A stretch of DNA of 62,861 bases, counting the filler, from Sphacelaria rigidula (taxonomy: Eukaryota), in the NCBI GenBank assembly GCA_964200075.2. It is 5 parts of 5 records of this genome, joined end to end, with 100 filler letters (N's around TTAATTAATTAA, not from the genome) between each part and the next. Parts side by side here need not be neighbours in the genome. Positions count along the whole stretch, not along the records: positions 1 to 12,493 come from CAXNAA020003700.1; 4 more parts are not named here. One strand, given 5' to 3'. Below are positions 1 to 12,493 of this stretch, piece after piece. The position numbers and the translations under genes are program-made. How positions within the stretch are numbered: the first letter of the stretch is position 1; each line of letters opens with the position of its first letter. A model generated the notes under the pieces. The model worked only from the letters and a program-made list of their open reading frames with translations, ran no database searches and was not told the origin of the DNA.

Positions 1-74
1 AACCCTAACCCTAACCATAGGGATGTTCAAATTCCGATGCGGTCCTCTAAGCACGCGGTCCTCTCACGCATTAC
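1..74 (+). mobile_element. Right half of telomere-repeat-containing TGT..ACA MITE, cut by contig start
   Basis: AACCCTAACCCTAACC is followed by GGGATGTTCAAATTCCGATGCGGTCC...CACGCATTACA, matching the right TIR of the complete copy at 44036-44242 and the copy ending near 21090. Confidence 0.8.
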
Positions 75-1760
75 AGTCGCGGTCGTTGGAATGATGGCGA
101 AATTATGGTGGGATGCACAGTAATCACGCATGCGTTTTTGCCATCGGCGCCACGCTGGTTCATTGTCCTGCAGCTCAGGGCTCATGAGGTCGAAGGCGTT
201 GATACAAGGACAAGAACAATCGCGAGTACTGTGGCCTTGGGTGTTGCAGTTGACGCAACTATATTTGTGGCGGCTGAAGTCATCTTGTCTAGCAAAAGAC
301 GAGAGAAGTGGATTCCACAAATGTGGATCTTCTGTCGTAAATGCTGAGGTAGAGACAGTATAAGCATCATCTCGAGTCTCAGCGGAGTACGGTCAGCCAT
401 CGAGACCGGCGCAAAACGGTTCTTCCTTGCTTGCAACGTTCATGACCGAGCCGGCGACTGATGTGGGCACCCATGATGAACGAAGAGAAGTGTGGGACCG
501 GCTACGGGACCCTGAAGGGGTCGAGGAAGAGGAACAGCAGACTGAGAACGCACAGCGGAATACTTCTCGCCGCAAATGGCTGGCAACAAGTTGATATGTT
601 GATGTACAAATGCACTCCACACCGTATCCACAGAGAACTAAGGTATTTCGCGATCTGCCAAAGCACCTGGAAATAGCGACGGCTCTGGTGTCGGGAACTA
701 CTTGAACACACTATTCCTCACATATGGTCGACTCATTGCGTCCGATGGGCAAGTCTGGCGGCCAACCCCCATTGTGAAACGAGAAGCTTGGATTCTCGGA
801 GGTAGTCGGCGAAGGTGACATCTGTTGCGACACCGAAAGAACCACGTCGTTGTATAGTACTCCCTTGAGTGCTTCGATCGAAGTAGCCGGTCGAGCGGCG
901 CTCCAGATCACGGAGTAAAGCCGGACCTGGCTTCTCCGAGGCGCGGTCCGGATTCACAGTGGTCATAAACCATCAAGGACTTGTGTCAGAGCAGCGGCAG
1001 TGTCGGGTGAGCGATTGTTGATGGAACGGTGCAGAGCTTTGTGAAGAGGAGTCTGTCATCCATCACTCCAATCGGAATCTTCAAAGCGTTGAGCACCGGT
1101 AGAGTCTGCTAGCTGGAGGATGTTTCGGACAGCATGATGTATAGATGTAATGAGGGCAGAAGTGAATTGCCCTGAGTCTTCGTTGTCGACTGCAGGCATG
1201 GTTCTAACATGCCGAAGGTTTTCACACCCATTGAAATATATTTCCTCTGGATGGCGGCGACGCGGGCAGATTCAGCTCGAGCGTCGGCCGCTGCTGCACT
1301 AGCTGCGGCTTGCTCTCGGTCGGCGGCAGCAGCAGCCAGAGTGTGAGCCGAAGTGAACGATGACTATTTATCCGAGTTGTTATCCGAGAGGCCTAAAATC
1401 TGTCGCGAAACGTTTGCTAGACGCGGTGTAGCGCGACTTAGGTAGGCATAAATCGACGGGGACGAGTTCGTGGCAGGCCGAATCCTGGGCTTGGTGGAAG
1501 AGGAGCTCGACGAACCTCCACTCTGGTGTGTCCTGTTCAAACCGGTGGTGGGACGGGTCACACGGTGTGGTTGGGTCCTGCTAGAGGAGGAGCTTTCACC
1601 TCCGTGGTAGTTGTCTGAACCACCGCCGCGATTGCGGTCATGGTCGGCAACATCATGCCTGTGACGTCGGCGACGAGGGGTCACCGAGATCCAACCGTCA
1701 TTACCTTGGGCTGAGGCGGACTTGGAGGCGGCGCGCAATGCATCGAAGAGCTCGACCATG
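75..1760 (-). pseudogene. Decayed retrotransposon gag/ORF1-like gene with CCHC zinc knuckle
   Basis: ORF 27..320 has CVNCNTQGHSTRDC (C-X2-C-X4-H-X4-C). Upstream minus-strand fragments (FGVATDVTFADYLRE, DTVWSAFVHQHINLLP) are broken by stops and frameshifts. Confidence 0.6.
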
Positions 1761-2844
1761 GACAGCTCGTAAGGGGTGATGGTTTGTTGGATGTGGCGGA
1801 CTAATTACATCCGACCTCGTCAAGCCTGATCAGACCCGCAACTATACGGTACCCGAGTTGTCCATCAACGCCTCCTAGCCTCATGACAAGGCTCATTATT
1901 ATCTAGATCTGCTGTTGCTGTTAGATATCTCATTGCAGATGGTGCCGATCTCGTCGTTTGCGTGCCTTCGCCGGCAAAATAGAGGACAAGGTTATGCTAC
2001 CTCTCCGTGTATGGCGTTCATAACTGTGGTAAACGTCTTTTTCACTACCTCTTTGTGACACGGGGGGGCAGTCGGACAGGCAAGGGCGTGATCGACCGGC
2101 TCTCTTGGGATGCTGCAGCAGTATTCACGAGTGAAAATACTGCAGAAATCCCCGTGCATAGACTGCAGTATGCTTGCTTTCTGTGAGTTGTATGCGCAGA
2201 TACACCCAATTTAACCACCAGCTATAGACGTTTCAGACGTTGCGGTAGCGCACCCTCGTAGAAGCACTACAGGCAAGTAGGTAGCTACTGGATTGTTTCT
2301 GCTCTTCACTTCGAAAGTACGTATGTCTGCAAACGACGACCACTGCGCTTGACCCCAACAGCTCCAATACCGCTGCCGGGGCACACACCGTCTAAGGAAA
2401 TAGATGTCGCCAACCCGTGGTGCTTTTTACATGACGACATAGCCCAGGGTGTCACTAGCAAGGTTCCTGATTACTCTTGCATGCTTGTGAGCGCCACGGT
2501 GTGCGCCAAGGGTAGCTCTGCGGAATATCGCGCTGCAATCCGAATTATTTGGCGTCCACCAAACGTGAAGGCTTGGTGAAAAAATGTAGCCGCTTCATTT
2601 TCGGAGAACGCCAAGCGCTAGGTGCTAAAACGCCTAAACTATTGGCGATCTCGGAAAAAACTGTGTCGATAATAACTACCCTAAGCCCTGAGCTATCAGT
2701 CAGCGCTGACATGTAGCTCCGTGATTATTGTGCGTTCTGACAGCAATTAATCCCTAGGTTCGTTCAGCTGTTGAGCTATCGTACCGTCATTTTTCCACCG
2801 CGGCTGTCGCCTCTGTACTCAGCGCTACTTTTGGCTCTGGAACA

Positions 2845-3081
2845 TGTAGACTCTAGCCACATTGCGTAGGTAGAGTTGCGGGTCTGATTGCCGGACTCTG
2901 TGGTAGGTGACCTCCATGACGTGAGGTTTGGTTTTGCTATTCTGGTGGAGAGAGGCTATGATCCTGTTCTCCTGTACTTTGCTGAGGGTTAACACATAAA
3001 TAACTAGAGCTGCTGAAGTCCATGTGCCCGTGATGAGAGGAGTCTACATGGCAATTTGATGTTGAGTGACAGAAGTCAACA
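2845..3081 (+). repeat. 5' LTR
   Basis: TG..CA bounded and aligns colinearly with 6628-6864. Confidence 0.9.
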
Positions 3082-3560
3082 ATGAACGTTTATTAAGACC
3101 GCTGATGGCGGTAGATCAGCTGAAAAGCAGCTGACACTTCAAGATAGGGTTTCTGCAGGCCTGATCAGTTTACAGCAAACAAGACCAGCTCAAGGCGTGC
3201 TAACGTCGCGAGAAGTTGGAGAAGTAGAGCCGAGGAGATTCTGAGGCAGTGCTAGAGTGGGCTGTGGTATCGCTCGTGCGAGAGGTGCGGGGGGTTAACC
3301 GACAGCTGGCGAGCCCGTGCGCGCCCCAGGAAAAGCGATGCAATTACCATACTGCCTGGTGGAGCCAGCGAGGTTTGCGTGTTCCACACTTGGCCAGGTA
3401 CGGCCAGGAAGAGGAGTCTAGGGACTTCAAACACATGGTGAGACCTGCGTGAGGAAGAGGCGCTGTGGCCATTTTCGTTTGGTGGCCAAGCGCGTCTTGG
3501 TGTAAGGAGAGAGTTGTTGTTCCTGTGAGCGGGAGGCGATTTCGTTTTTGAAAACAGACG

Positions 3561-4220
3561 GTGTGGAGTGCTGTACTGCTGACCGAAATGTACGAGGTGC
3601 AGGAGTATGTCACGGTGGACGGCCATGTTGTTCGTGCGCCGCAACAATATGTTGTCATCGATGGTCGCGCTGTCCGTGTACGATATCTGGATATGCCCTA
3701 CAACGGTCGCAAGTTCTCAAGTGAAACATCTGCTCAGTTTCTGCGGATGTATGAGGCCTACCTTCGTGAGGTGCACGCAACGAACAAGCGTCAAGCACGC
3801 TGGCACGTTGTTGAGGAGCCAGCGGTCTCTGACCTCATACCCGCACATATTGAGGACTGTCTGTGTGGCACATTTTCGGATGGTGCAAATGATGTTGGGC
3901 AAGAGAAATTGCTCTTTGCGCTGCGCACGCATGCATCTTATGCATCGCCGAGTGTTGTGCAAGATAGTGTGAAGGTCGGCGGCGGTGGAGATAGGCACGA
4001 CATTTTGACGGGAAAGAAGGCGACACAACATAGGCCTGTCCGAGTACGCAGTCACGGGAGTGCTAGAGGCGTTGCCGCTATTGCCGTCGAGGACCAAGCC
4101 GGACAGAAGGTGGCGGCTGTAGCGAGTATGGGTGATACTGCTGCTGCTGTTGGCGATGTTGAGAGGGCGGGGCCTACATGGGCCAATGAGCAAGTACTGG
4201 TGGGCGGAGGTCCCAGTTGA
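3561..4220 (+). CDS. Gag-like protein of the LTR element (probably truncated)
   Basis: 219-aa ORF between the LTRs. FLRMYEAYLREVHATN...VSDLIP...LLFALRTHASY aligns with the gag-like remnant at 54926-55249. Confidence 0.55.
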   Translation: MWSAVLLTEMYEVQEYVTVDGHVVRAPQQYVVIDGRAVRVRYLDMPYNGRKFSSETSAQFLRMYEAYLREVHATNKRQARWHVVEEPAVSDLIPAHIEDCLCGTFSDGANDVGQEKLLFALRTHASYASPSVVQDSVKVGGGGDRHDILTGKKATQHRPVRVRSHGSARGVAAIAVEDQAGQKVAAVASMGDTAAAVGDVERAGPTWANEQVLVGGGPS

Positions 4221-6627
4221 TTTTTGACGCCGGACCAGCGCGTAGCTGGAGATACTCTTTGCATGCTTGAAGCTGCAGGGGGGTGTTATTCGCGTATGGC
4301 GAGCGAGCAGGGTAAGCTTGGGGCTTGCTGTGCTCATGGTGAATCTATCTGCGCCAACGACATGGCGGGAAATCGTTCAGATGATTCGCAGGGGTGTCTG
4401 CTTGAAGAATAGGTGGATGCCGGGTTGGCGGAATTGCCGCCGGACCAGCGCGTAGCTGTGGACACGCCTTGTATGATCGAAACAATAGGGGCGTGTGACC
4501 CGCGTGAAGCAGGTGCGCAGAGCGACCTGCAAGCTCGTGATGCTGTTAGCGATCACAGTTGTGACGGCGACGACGAGCGTCGCGTGGTGTTGGGATGGTC
4601 GTGTGCATTGCTGTATGTATGGACAGGTTTGGTGTGTTTGGCGGCGTTGATTGCGGTGTCTTTGCCGCTGTACAGTCAGGTGCTGGAAGAGGATGGCGTG
4701 ATGCCATCGGGAGGTGTTACTGTGCGGGACTGTATGGATGTTCCCGTTTTGCCTCTTATTTACTCTGTAAAAGCGACTGAAGAACGAGCGTTCGTGAATG
4801 CGCAAGCATCTGTGGGGGCGGAGGATATGTCGCATTGGTTTGGCGGTGCGAATATACCTTTTAGAGGCGTGTTGAGCTACACCATGGGGGTGCCAGGTGT
4901 AGCTAGACTGAAGATGCAAGGAGAGAGTGTCCGAGAGGAAAGGCTGCTCCACGCTGTGCACGGGGTTGTGGTTTGAGTGCTGTTGTTTCTCAGGAGCGAG
5001 CTGGAGGACTACAAAGAAGGCATTACCTGAGGTGTTCGCTGTTGTGGTGAGCGCCGAGTTGGGTACTGATATTGAGGAGCAAGTGCTGTGGTGATTGAGT
5101 GCTTGTTGAGAATGAGGAAACACATTGTGACTGGTATTCGCAAATCGTTTTGAGAACAATTTCAGCTTGTTAGTGTGTGGTTGTGGTCATGCTTGCGCAT
5201 GAAACATGGTTGTTGAGAGAGTATGATCGTATCGCGTGTGCAGGGTAAACCTCTGGCGTACACGTGGATATTTGGCATGTGTGTGTTGTGCTGATCTGGT
5301 TGGCACGGACGATGCATGGTGTTTGCTGCAAGGAAGGTGGCATTGCATGTGCTGAGTAAAATATTGGTATGCATGTGCAGATTTCCATATGCTGAGTGGA
5401 ATTTTGGGAGGCATGTGTGAATTTGAAGCTGATATGAATGGTTTGTGGTGACGATCTAGGGTGGGGGAGTTTTAGATATACTGCTGTATGCCAAATGAAG
5501 GAAGCTCGTATAATCTTGTTCGCGCAGAACACAGTCTCATCATATTTGTGCGGTTTGCACGTACCGACTGCAGGATATATGGATTGCTGTATGTGAGCAG
5601 GTATGACGCAAGTGCTTCCGGTGGTTGTAGATAAAGATATTATGCGCGCATGCATCAATGATCTTTGATCATGCCACGTTTTTGTATGAATTGTCACGTG
5701 TTTGAACGAGCACGTGGTTGGTTTTTCGTTCATGTCAGAGGGAGCATGTGGGTGATGCGTTCATTTGTTCGAAGAACTGGTGCAGGTGGACTGCAAGAGT
5801 GTCGATGAAATCATTATTTCTACATTTTAGCTGATGCATAGATGGGATATGACGGTCCAAGATCCAAACGAGATATAGAAATGCCCGGGATTTGCTCGAA
5901 AACAAGAGTTCGAGAACGAGGTCACGAGGGGTGATCAATGATGGCGGAGGTCGAGATCCGTTCGCCGTCGTTGGAATAGTATGCATGATTGCAATAGCGG
6001 TTCGAGTCATGGCTTTCCTTTGATTGTCTGAATGAAATCTGCTGGCAAGTTGAAGCATTGAAGCTTTGACGGCAGGGAGGCATGCGATGCATCCGTTTTT
6101 ACGGTGTTGCAGAAGCAAGAGGCCACGTGCGTTTCAGACTTGTCGGGTGCTTATGTCCTTCTAGCGTGAGGATGATGTATCATTTCGCTGTTGCTTTCGT
6201 TGCGCAGGTTTTGAACGTACGAAGAGTGCATTTCGTATTTCGATAAGTACGTTGTCTCGGATGAGAGGGACCATGAGACACGAATGCTCCGGAATTTGAC
6301 GTTTGCTGACATTTCCGGTTTCGTGCAGATAAATAATAGCCAAGAGACTTGTTTTGGGCGAAGATTTTAGACTTTGGCGCTACCTATCGCTTTGTAACTC
6401 GAAGTGGTGCAAGTAGCGTGATTGCATGTTCATGATGGACAATATTTTCTTGGGATCTCTTGCGAGTTGTTCGGAAGTAGGGCCAGCTTGTATGGAGCTG
6501 TTGTCGAAAGCAGCGGAGGAGATTGCTAATCTTTGCGGAAACGACGGTACTATCCGGCACCAATGATGTCTGAGTTTGTCAAGCTCTGATGTAACTACTT
6601 GTTGGTAATAGGGAGTTTTGGGGGTGC

Positions 6628-6864
6628 TGTAGACACAAGCCACATTGTGTAGGTGGAGTTGCGGGTCTGATTGCCGGACTCTGTGGTAGGTGACCTCCAT
6701 GACGTGAGGTTTGGTTTTGCTATTCTGGTGAAGAGAGGCTATGATCCTGTTCTCCTATACTATGCTGAGGGTTAATACATAAATAACTAGAGCTGCTGAA
6801 GTACATGTGCCCGTGATGAGAGGAGTCTACATGGCAATTTGATGTTGAGTGACATAAGTCTACA
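6628..6864 (+). repeat. 3' LTR
   Basis: TGTAGAC..GTCTACA, followed by the TSD AACA. Confidence 0.9.
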
Positions 6865-7364
6865 AACACTCTCGAATGATCTAAGCAGGGCATATTATGC
6901 TCGCTTTTGCCAAGAGCGTGTACACCTCTATTCAACAAAGGATTCTGAAAAGTGGGGGATGAATGTACAAGTGGGGCTGAACCCACCTACCTTCCAAACT
7001 TCACATTTTCCCAGGAACAGTTTTGCAAAAACAACCAACTGAGGATTTTAGTTGTCTACTGAAATATACCCTAGTAGCCAGGTCCGGCGAAACCCTGGTG
7101 TGCTCTATCCCGACTTTGTGGGAACGGAGCCCCTACGGGCTTGGCGTCGGTTGGCAACGACGCTGTAAAACACGCCACTCACTGCGTAAGCTTGGCACCC
7201 ACGTAAAGATCGCTTTGCGCGCTTGCGCTTTTTCACGGTAACCACAATGACGGTTGAGCTAGATTATATTGTGCGGGGTGGGGTAACTGATCAAGGGAGC
7301 GCCTCTTAGAGGACTGGCTCTGGACAGGGGAATGTGTAGTAAGTTTTTGTATTGAACTCGTATA

Positions 7365-7952
7365 AACAGTGGATTCTCGAAAATGGGGTTGAAAAACAAA
7401 ATGAGATTCAACTGGAAAACCGTACTTTCCCTAACCTAAATTCATGACAAATGACTTTTATATGGACCTCCTCATCCCTCCCGACCTCCCTAAAACTATT
7501 TCGAGGGGTTCCTGGGAGTCATCCTACGATAGGGGGGGGGGTATTTTGGGCCATTTGTTGCTGGAAATTTCGAGTCAGATCGAGGTTGAAAGCAGCCACN
7601 NNNNNNNNNGTCTGACACACTTATGAGCCTCTTTTTTCGTGCAACCAAATACCCCCCCGCCATATCGTAGGATGACTCCTACCCTTCCGTTCCCCCAAGG
7701 GTATGTGCGAAAGCACGATTTTGGGGACAAAGCACATCTTTGTTTCACCCCGAAATCGAGGCAAAAGTATGCTTTCGCACATACCCTTTGAGGGAATAGA
7801 AGGCTAGAAATCCCCCGAAATGATTTTAGGGAGGTCGGGAGGGATGGAGTGGTCCATATGAAAGGCATTTGTCATCAAGTAAGGTCAGGGAAAGCACGGC
7901 TTTTCAGTTGAGCCTCAGTTTTGTTCAACCCCATTTTTGAGAATCCACTGTT
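7365..7952. mobile_element. Foldback-like MITE family A, copy 1, interrupted by a nested element
   Basis: AACAGTGGATTCTCGAAAATGGGGTTGAA at the left and TTCAACCCCATTTTTGAGAATCCACTGTT at the right; long imperfect inverted arms; homologous to 8443-8861. Confidence 0.85.
7516..7678. mobile_element. Nested TIR element (GAGTCATCCTACG termini), interior collapsed in an N gap
   Basis: GAGTCATCCTACGATAGGGGGGGGGTATTT pairs with AAATACCCCCCC..ATCGTAGGATGACTC. It is absent from MITE-A copy 2 and the same left end recurs at 50208. Confidence 0.8.
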
Positions 7953-8442
7953 AATACCCTTTCACTCATCAAACATCAACCGTGCAAGCTCCACCCGAGA
8001 TGCTCTCTTCCACCCAGAAATGCAATCCCAGAAATGTACAAGACAAGAATATTCCGGGAGGGTAAGACCGTACGCTGGGTTCCCTCATACGTCATACATC
8101 CCGTCATAATACAATCCGTTACTGCAGGCGATATCCGGTACTCATGGTATGTGATCATCTCGGCCCCGCATGTACTCGAATGAATCCACGTACACATGCA
8201 TTAGTAGTGTTCAGCTCGGCAATATTCAATTAGCTCCCCTTGTCGAGGCCTAACCTCACTTATATCACAAAAACATCTTAGTTCCATCCCATGAGATCAG
8301 ACAACTTGAAAGCACAAATGCCGTGATACATCGAAGCCTCAGCAAGGAAAAAACAAAATCATCAAGGGAAATGATCTCCTGAGTTATATGCCCTCCTAAC
8401 CCCATATCATCTCACCATTTTCGGGCGCATAGAGTATCAAAT

Positions 8443-8861
8443 AACAGTGGATTATCGAAAATGGGGTTGAAAAAAATGAGCTTTAACTCAAAAGCCGTGC
8501 TTTCCCTGACCTAAACTCATGACAGATGCCTTTTATACGGACGACCTTATCCCTCCCGACCTCCCTAAAACTATTCCCCGGGACTTCTGGTTTTCCGTTC
8601 CCCCAAAGGGTTTGTGCGAAAGCACACTTTGGCCTCGATTTCGGGGTGAAAAAAACGTTTTTTTACTGAAAAATCGTCCTTTCGCACATAAACTTTGAGG
8701 AAACGGGAGGGTAGAAATCCCCCGAAATAGTACCAGGGAGGTCAGGAGGAGTGACGTCGTCCATTTGAAAGTCATTTGTCATGAGTTTAGGTCAAGCAAA
8801 GCACGGCTTTTGAGTCGAACTTCATTCTTTTCTTCAACCCTATTTTCGAGAATCGATTGTT
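8443..8861. mobile_element. Foldback-like MITE family A, copy 2 (uninterrupted, ~420 bp)
   Basis: Near-palindromic along most of its length; TA on both flanks if the termini are read as ACAG..TTGT. Confidence 0.85.
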
Positions 8862-10054
8862 AGAACTACCAAGAAAATCGTACTCCTCTCACCACGGAAA
8901 TGCCGGGATACATGGAAGACTCAGCAAAGAAAAACCCAAAATCATCAAGGAAAATGACCTTGTACATTATAAGCCCCCCTGACCCCATATTATCTTCCCA
9001 TTTTCGGAAGCATCAAATGTCAAGTCTCGGGACGTATTTTTCCAAACCTCCCCCACAAAAATATGGCCCGAAATCCAAGATCAGCAAATTGATCAACCAA
9101 AACAATCCGTCGTATGCCATGACTCATGAAAAAGTTCATCTTGTCAAATCGATCGACCCCTTAACCTTTTTCGTGGCCACAGCACATGATTGGAAACCCT
9201 TGAATTTCATGTCGAAAATCAAACTCACATGAAGGGAAGGCTCCCATCATGCCGTCATCTCAATGATAATATGAAAACCGAGACTGAATCATAACAGTCG
9301 AACTCAAATCGAACCGTGGTGAAATACATTATACAGTACAAAGCGTAATACCGCCATCCCTACGCAAGATCAAAGCCATGAGCCTGGATTTTCACGCGGT
9401 TTGAAAGCGCGCCAGCTATTTTTACGCAAAATAATCCCCAACAAATCCCGAATAAATCCTTGTTAAGCATGCCAATTACTGTTGCAAATCTGATGCCCCA
9501 CTAGTCAAATCATTGCATTCGGATAGCAGTCACATTACTGCGCTTTTACGCAAAATCAAAATATCAAATGCATGAATCCTTCATCAAGCTGCAGTGGTCT
9601 ACAAACAAGCACTTGACATGGCCACATTCAGAGTATAATATCCACCAAAATCCATCTCCGGCTTTCTGCATTATTCCATTGGCACGCGGCCCCCTGCTCC
9701 ATCGAACCAGCACCTCATACGTGCTCCACTTTACCGGCATCACTTCCCGGCTCCAACCCATCGGCACCGCCCTCCCGCTCCGTTCCACCGGCGCCTGTGA
9801 CCCAAAGCATTGAAATATGTTGCCGATTGTGTCGGTGGTGGCGACCGTGGTGTTGGCATTAGTCGTGTCGGACTCGGGGTTGTAGTAAAATATGGTTGTA
9901 GTGGCGCGGCGGTGAAAGGATATGGTGGCGGTGTCGTAGCGGTAATGGGGAAATACGTGTGTTGGGGCGCAGCGGCGGGCGAAAATTATGTTAACGGCGG
10001 CGTAGTAGTGATGAACATTTGTTGGTGTTCGTTCGGCGATGAGGCAGTATGGTA

Positions 10055-11002
10055 TCATGTTGGAGCGACGATGCGTTGTGGCGGCGAGACGGTATGATGT
10101 AATACTGATGGCGGCGGCGTCGGCTCGGGTTTTACCGCGTTGATCAGCGGCTGCGGGAATGCCGGTGCGTCGGCGACGGTACTCGCTCCATATCCCCCCC
10201 TGCCGTCGAGCGGGATCGGCGATGGTTGCAAAAGCTGTATACGCGGAACAGGTCGCACGGAAGGTAAACCACTTGCCGGGGAATCAGGCTGGGTATTAAC
10301 ACCTGATGTGTCAGACGTATCGCTTGTTGCGGAAGTGGACTGGGCAAAGAATCCGAGGGGGGAAGACACAACGCCTTCGGCGGAATAATGGCGTGAGCCA
10401 ATACCGAGGGGAGAATGGAATATATCTCTTTCCTCACTCGGGGGCTCACTACAAGACGCTACAGTAACATTGGGCGCAATATGCGCCGGGGGAAATTGTA
10501 TAGTAGTATACCGGGAATCAGACTCATAGCAAACAGGCCGGGCAGTTATCGGTGAAGACCCTATCGTAGCACGTGAGGAATCAGATTGCGTGGATACGGG
10601 GGAAGGTTCTATAGTAGTAACGGGAACAATCCCACTCGTGGGGCTACGCGACTCTACAGAATCAATCCCACTCGTGGGGCTGCGCGACTCTACAGAATCA
10701 ATCCCACTCGTGGGGCTGCGCGACTCGACAGAATCAATCTCACTCGTGGGGCTTCGCGACTCTACAGGATCAGTCTCATTCGTGGGGCAATGCCGACGCG
10801 ACTCTACAGTAGTACGTGTGTGTGACCGTACACTGGATGGCAAAACTACAGTGGGTGTAATTGACCTTACACTGGAGGGCGAAATTACAGTAGGGGGGTG
10901 GTTCTCCCCGTGATGTGCGGAACGATGTGCTGGGTTGAGATCTCGATAGCCCTGCCGGCGATCGACATTTCTCCACACATCACTTCGTGTGCGGGAATTC
11001 AT
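10055..11002 (-). CDS. Low-complexity Ser/Pro/Thr-rich ORF downstream of gag, with 11-aa repeats
   Basis: 315-aa ORF containing IDSVESRSPTSG repeats, same strand as the gag ORF; no protease or RT motif seen. Confidence 0.35.
   Translation of the reverse strand: MNSRTRSDVWRNVDRRQGYRDLNPAHRSAHHGENHPPTVISPSSVRSITPTVVLPSSVRSHTRTTVESRRHCPTNETDPVESRSPTSEIDSVESRSPTSGIDSVESRSPTSGIDSVESRSPTSGIVPVTTIEPSPVSTQSDSSRATIGSSPITARPVCYESDSRYTTIQFPPAHIAPNVTVASCSEPPSEERDIFHSPLGIGSRHYSAEGVVSSPLGFFAQSTSATSDTSDTSGVNTQPDSPASGLPSVRPVPRIQLLQPSPIPLDGRGGYGASTVADAPAFPQPLINAVKPEPTPPPSVLHHTVSPPQRIVAPT
10628..10810. repeat. 33-bp minisatellite, about 5-6 copies
   Basis: Tandem CCCACTCGTGGGGCTGCGCGACTCTACAGAATCAAT-like sequence with a 33-nt period. 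Confidence 0.9.
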
Positions 11003-11382
11003 ACCTCGGTCATAGCATATGTTGCAATTGTGAACATTACATGCTGAGGGTTGGAGGGTTGGGTTGGGGTGGCTTTTGTGAGACTCATGTGGAGATGGTG
11101 AATGTAAACGGAGATTGAATTTCGGTGATCGTTCATGGTCAGGCGAATGGAGGTTGCGGTGTGAGGAATGATTCCCATTACGGTCTGAACCGCGTTCCCG
11201 GCCGTGATTGCTCCCCCGGCCCCCCCGAGTCCCACGTCGCCTCGCCGATACGTCACTGTTGGAGGCATCATGAACTATAGCAGATAAAGCATGGTTATTG
11301 GTGTGAGTCCACCCTACTCCTTGACAGTTCCAATTCAGCGTGGGCAGTTTTTTACGGTACGATGTAGGTTTTCTGTATCTAT

Positions 11383-12153
11383 CTATGACATAGCAAGGAG
11401 AAGTCCACGCTGTACTTCGTAGTCCGAAGACAGCCTACGTGGATCGTGCCGGTTTGCATCAAACTCCGAAAGTACAGTACCGTAATGATGTCTCATGTGA
11501 CGAATTAGATTCGCCCTGTTCAGAAAAACCAGAGGAGACTCGCCCGGTGACATCTGTAGACCCGACCATTGGTGCTCGAGGCGCGCTTTCTCTGTAGTTG
11601 GGAACACGGTATAGTATTGTACGAAATAATCCCATGATTCGCTAGGCGAGTCAAGTATCGCAAACTTTTCTACCATACTGGGGGCAACGATTTCTTCGAG
11701 GAGAATATCGTGGACTCGTTGTGCTTTCTCTACGGCCCTGTACCCGTGCTGCCTTACCAACGCCTCCTCCATCTCATGAAATACACGCATAGGGTCCTGC
11801 AAAAATAGAGCATCGTAGCATCTCTCGGCGCGAAAATATCCGATCATCTGCACATGAAACAGACGAAACTCCGACCCCATACTCTCCCTTGTTTCTACAG
11901 GACCATCCCACGGGTGAATACTTGTATTTTTACGTACCATTACAAAGTTTGGTTGGGCACGTTGCCCTCCCATATAATTATCGTATCGGAACCCAGGGAA
12001 AATACGTGGGTTGCTCTGCTGGTCGCGGTTCCCTGTACTCGTCGTGGGGTTACCTTGTGCGCCTGCGCCCAAACGCATACTCCTTTCTCTTTCGTATTCC
12101 ACACTAGCATCGCGGTTTGCGGCCTCAATACGATCTGCCTGTTTTTCTTCCAT
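11383..12153 (-). pseudogene. Copia-type gag (Retrotran_gag_2/UBN2-like)
   Basis: SPSESWDYFVQYY..TEKARLEHQWSGLQMSPGESPLVFLNR..LSSDYE matches the Copia gag pattern W..L...Y / L.M..GE...FL.R / L...Y. Confidence 0.7.
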
Positions 12154-12493
12154 CTCTGCCTATTTTTCTTCCATGAGCCGCAGTTTTTCGGTCGGTTGTA
12201 CTTCCATAAGTCGAAACTTCTCCGTCAACCCTTCCATCCTGATCTTTTTTCTGTTAGCCATTGTTCGACGGCAGTTATTTATCACCGGTGCTTCTTGTTA
12301 TCTCAAACTGTATTGAACTCTCACTGCGTGACTTCCTCAAGTTGACTCAAGCGCTGTAAATGCTGCTGTAATTGCTCAAACTGTGAAATTCTCACTACGT
12401 GACTCCCTCAAGAATACATTTTGGCCCAAAGAGACTCCCACGTACGTTCTTCAGCACCGAACCCTTCCCAATGGACCAAAATAATGACATCAC

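Larger units (their letters stand above)
2845..6864 (+). mobile_element. Complete non-autonomous LTR retrotransposon (gag-like ORF, no recognisable pol)
   Basis: Two similar 237-bp direct repeats (2845-3081, 6628-6864) with TGTAGAC..GTC(A/T)ACA ends, a 4-bp TSD AACA on both flanks, and G-rich GGGAGTTTTGGGGGTGC before the 3' LTR. Confidence 0.9.

Noticed and set aside
1-16. True chromosome telomere
   Set aside because: Only ~2.5 units, followed directly by the MITE right TIR seen in interior copies.
7052-7975. LTR of the minus-strand Copia-like element
   Set aside because: TG..CA ends are plausible, but no second LTR or TSD is available in the contig.
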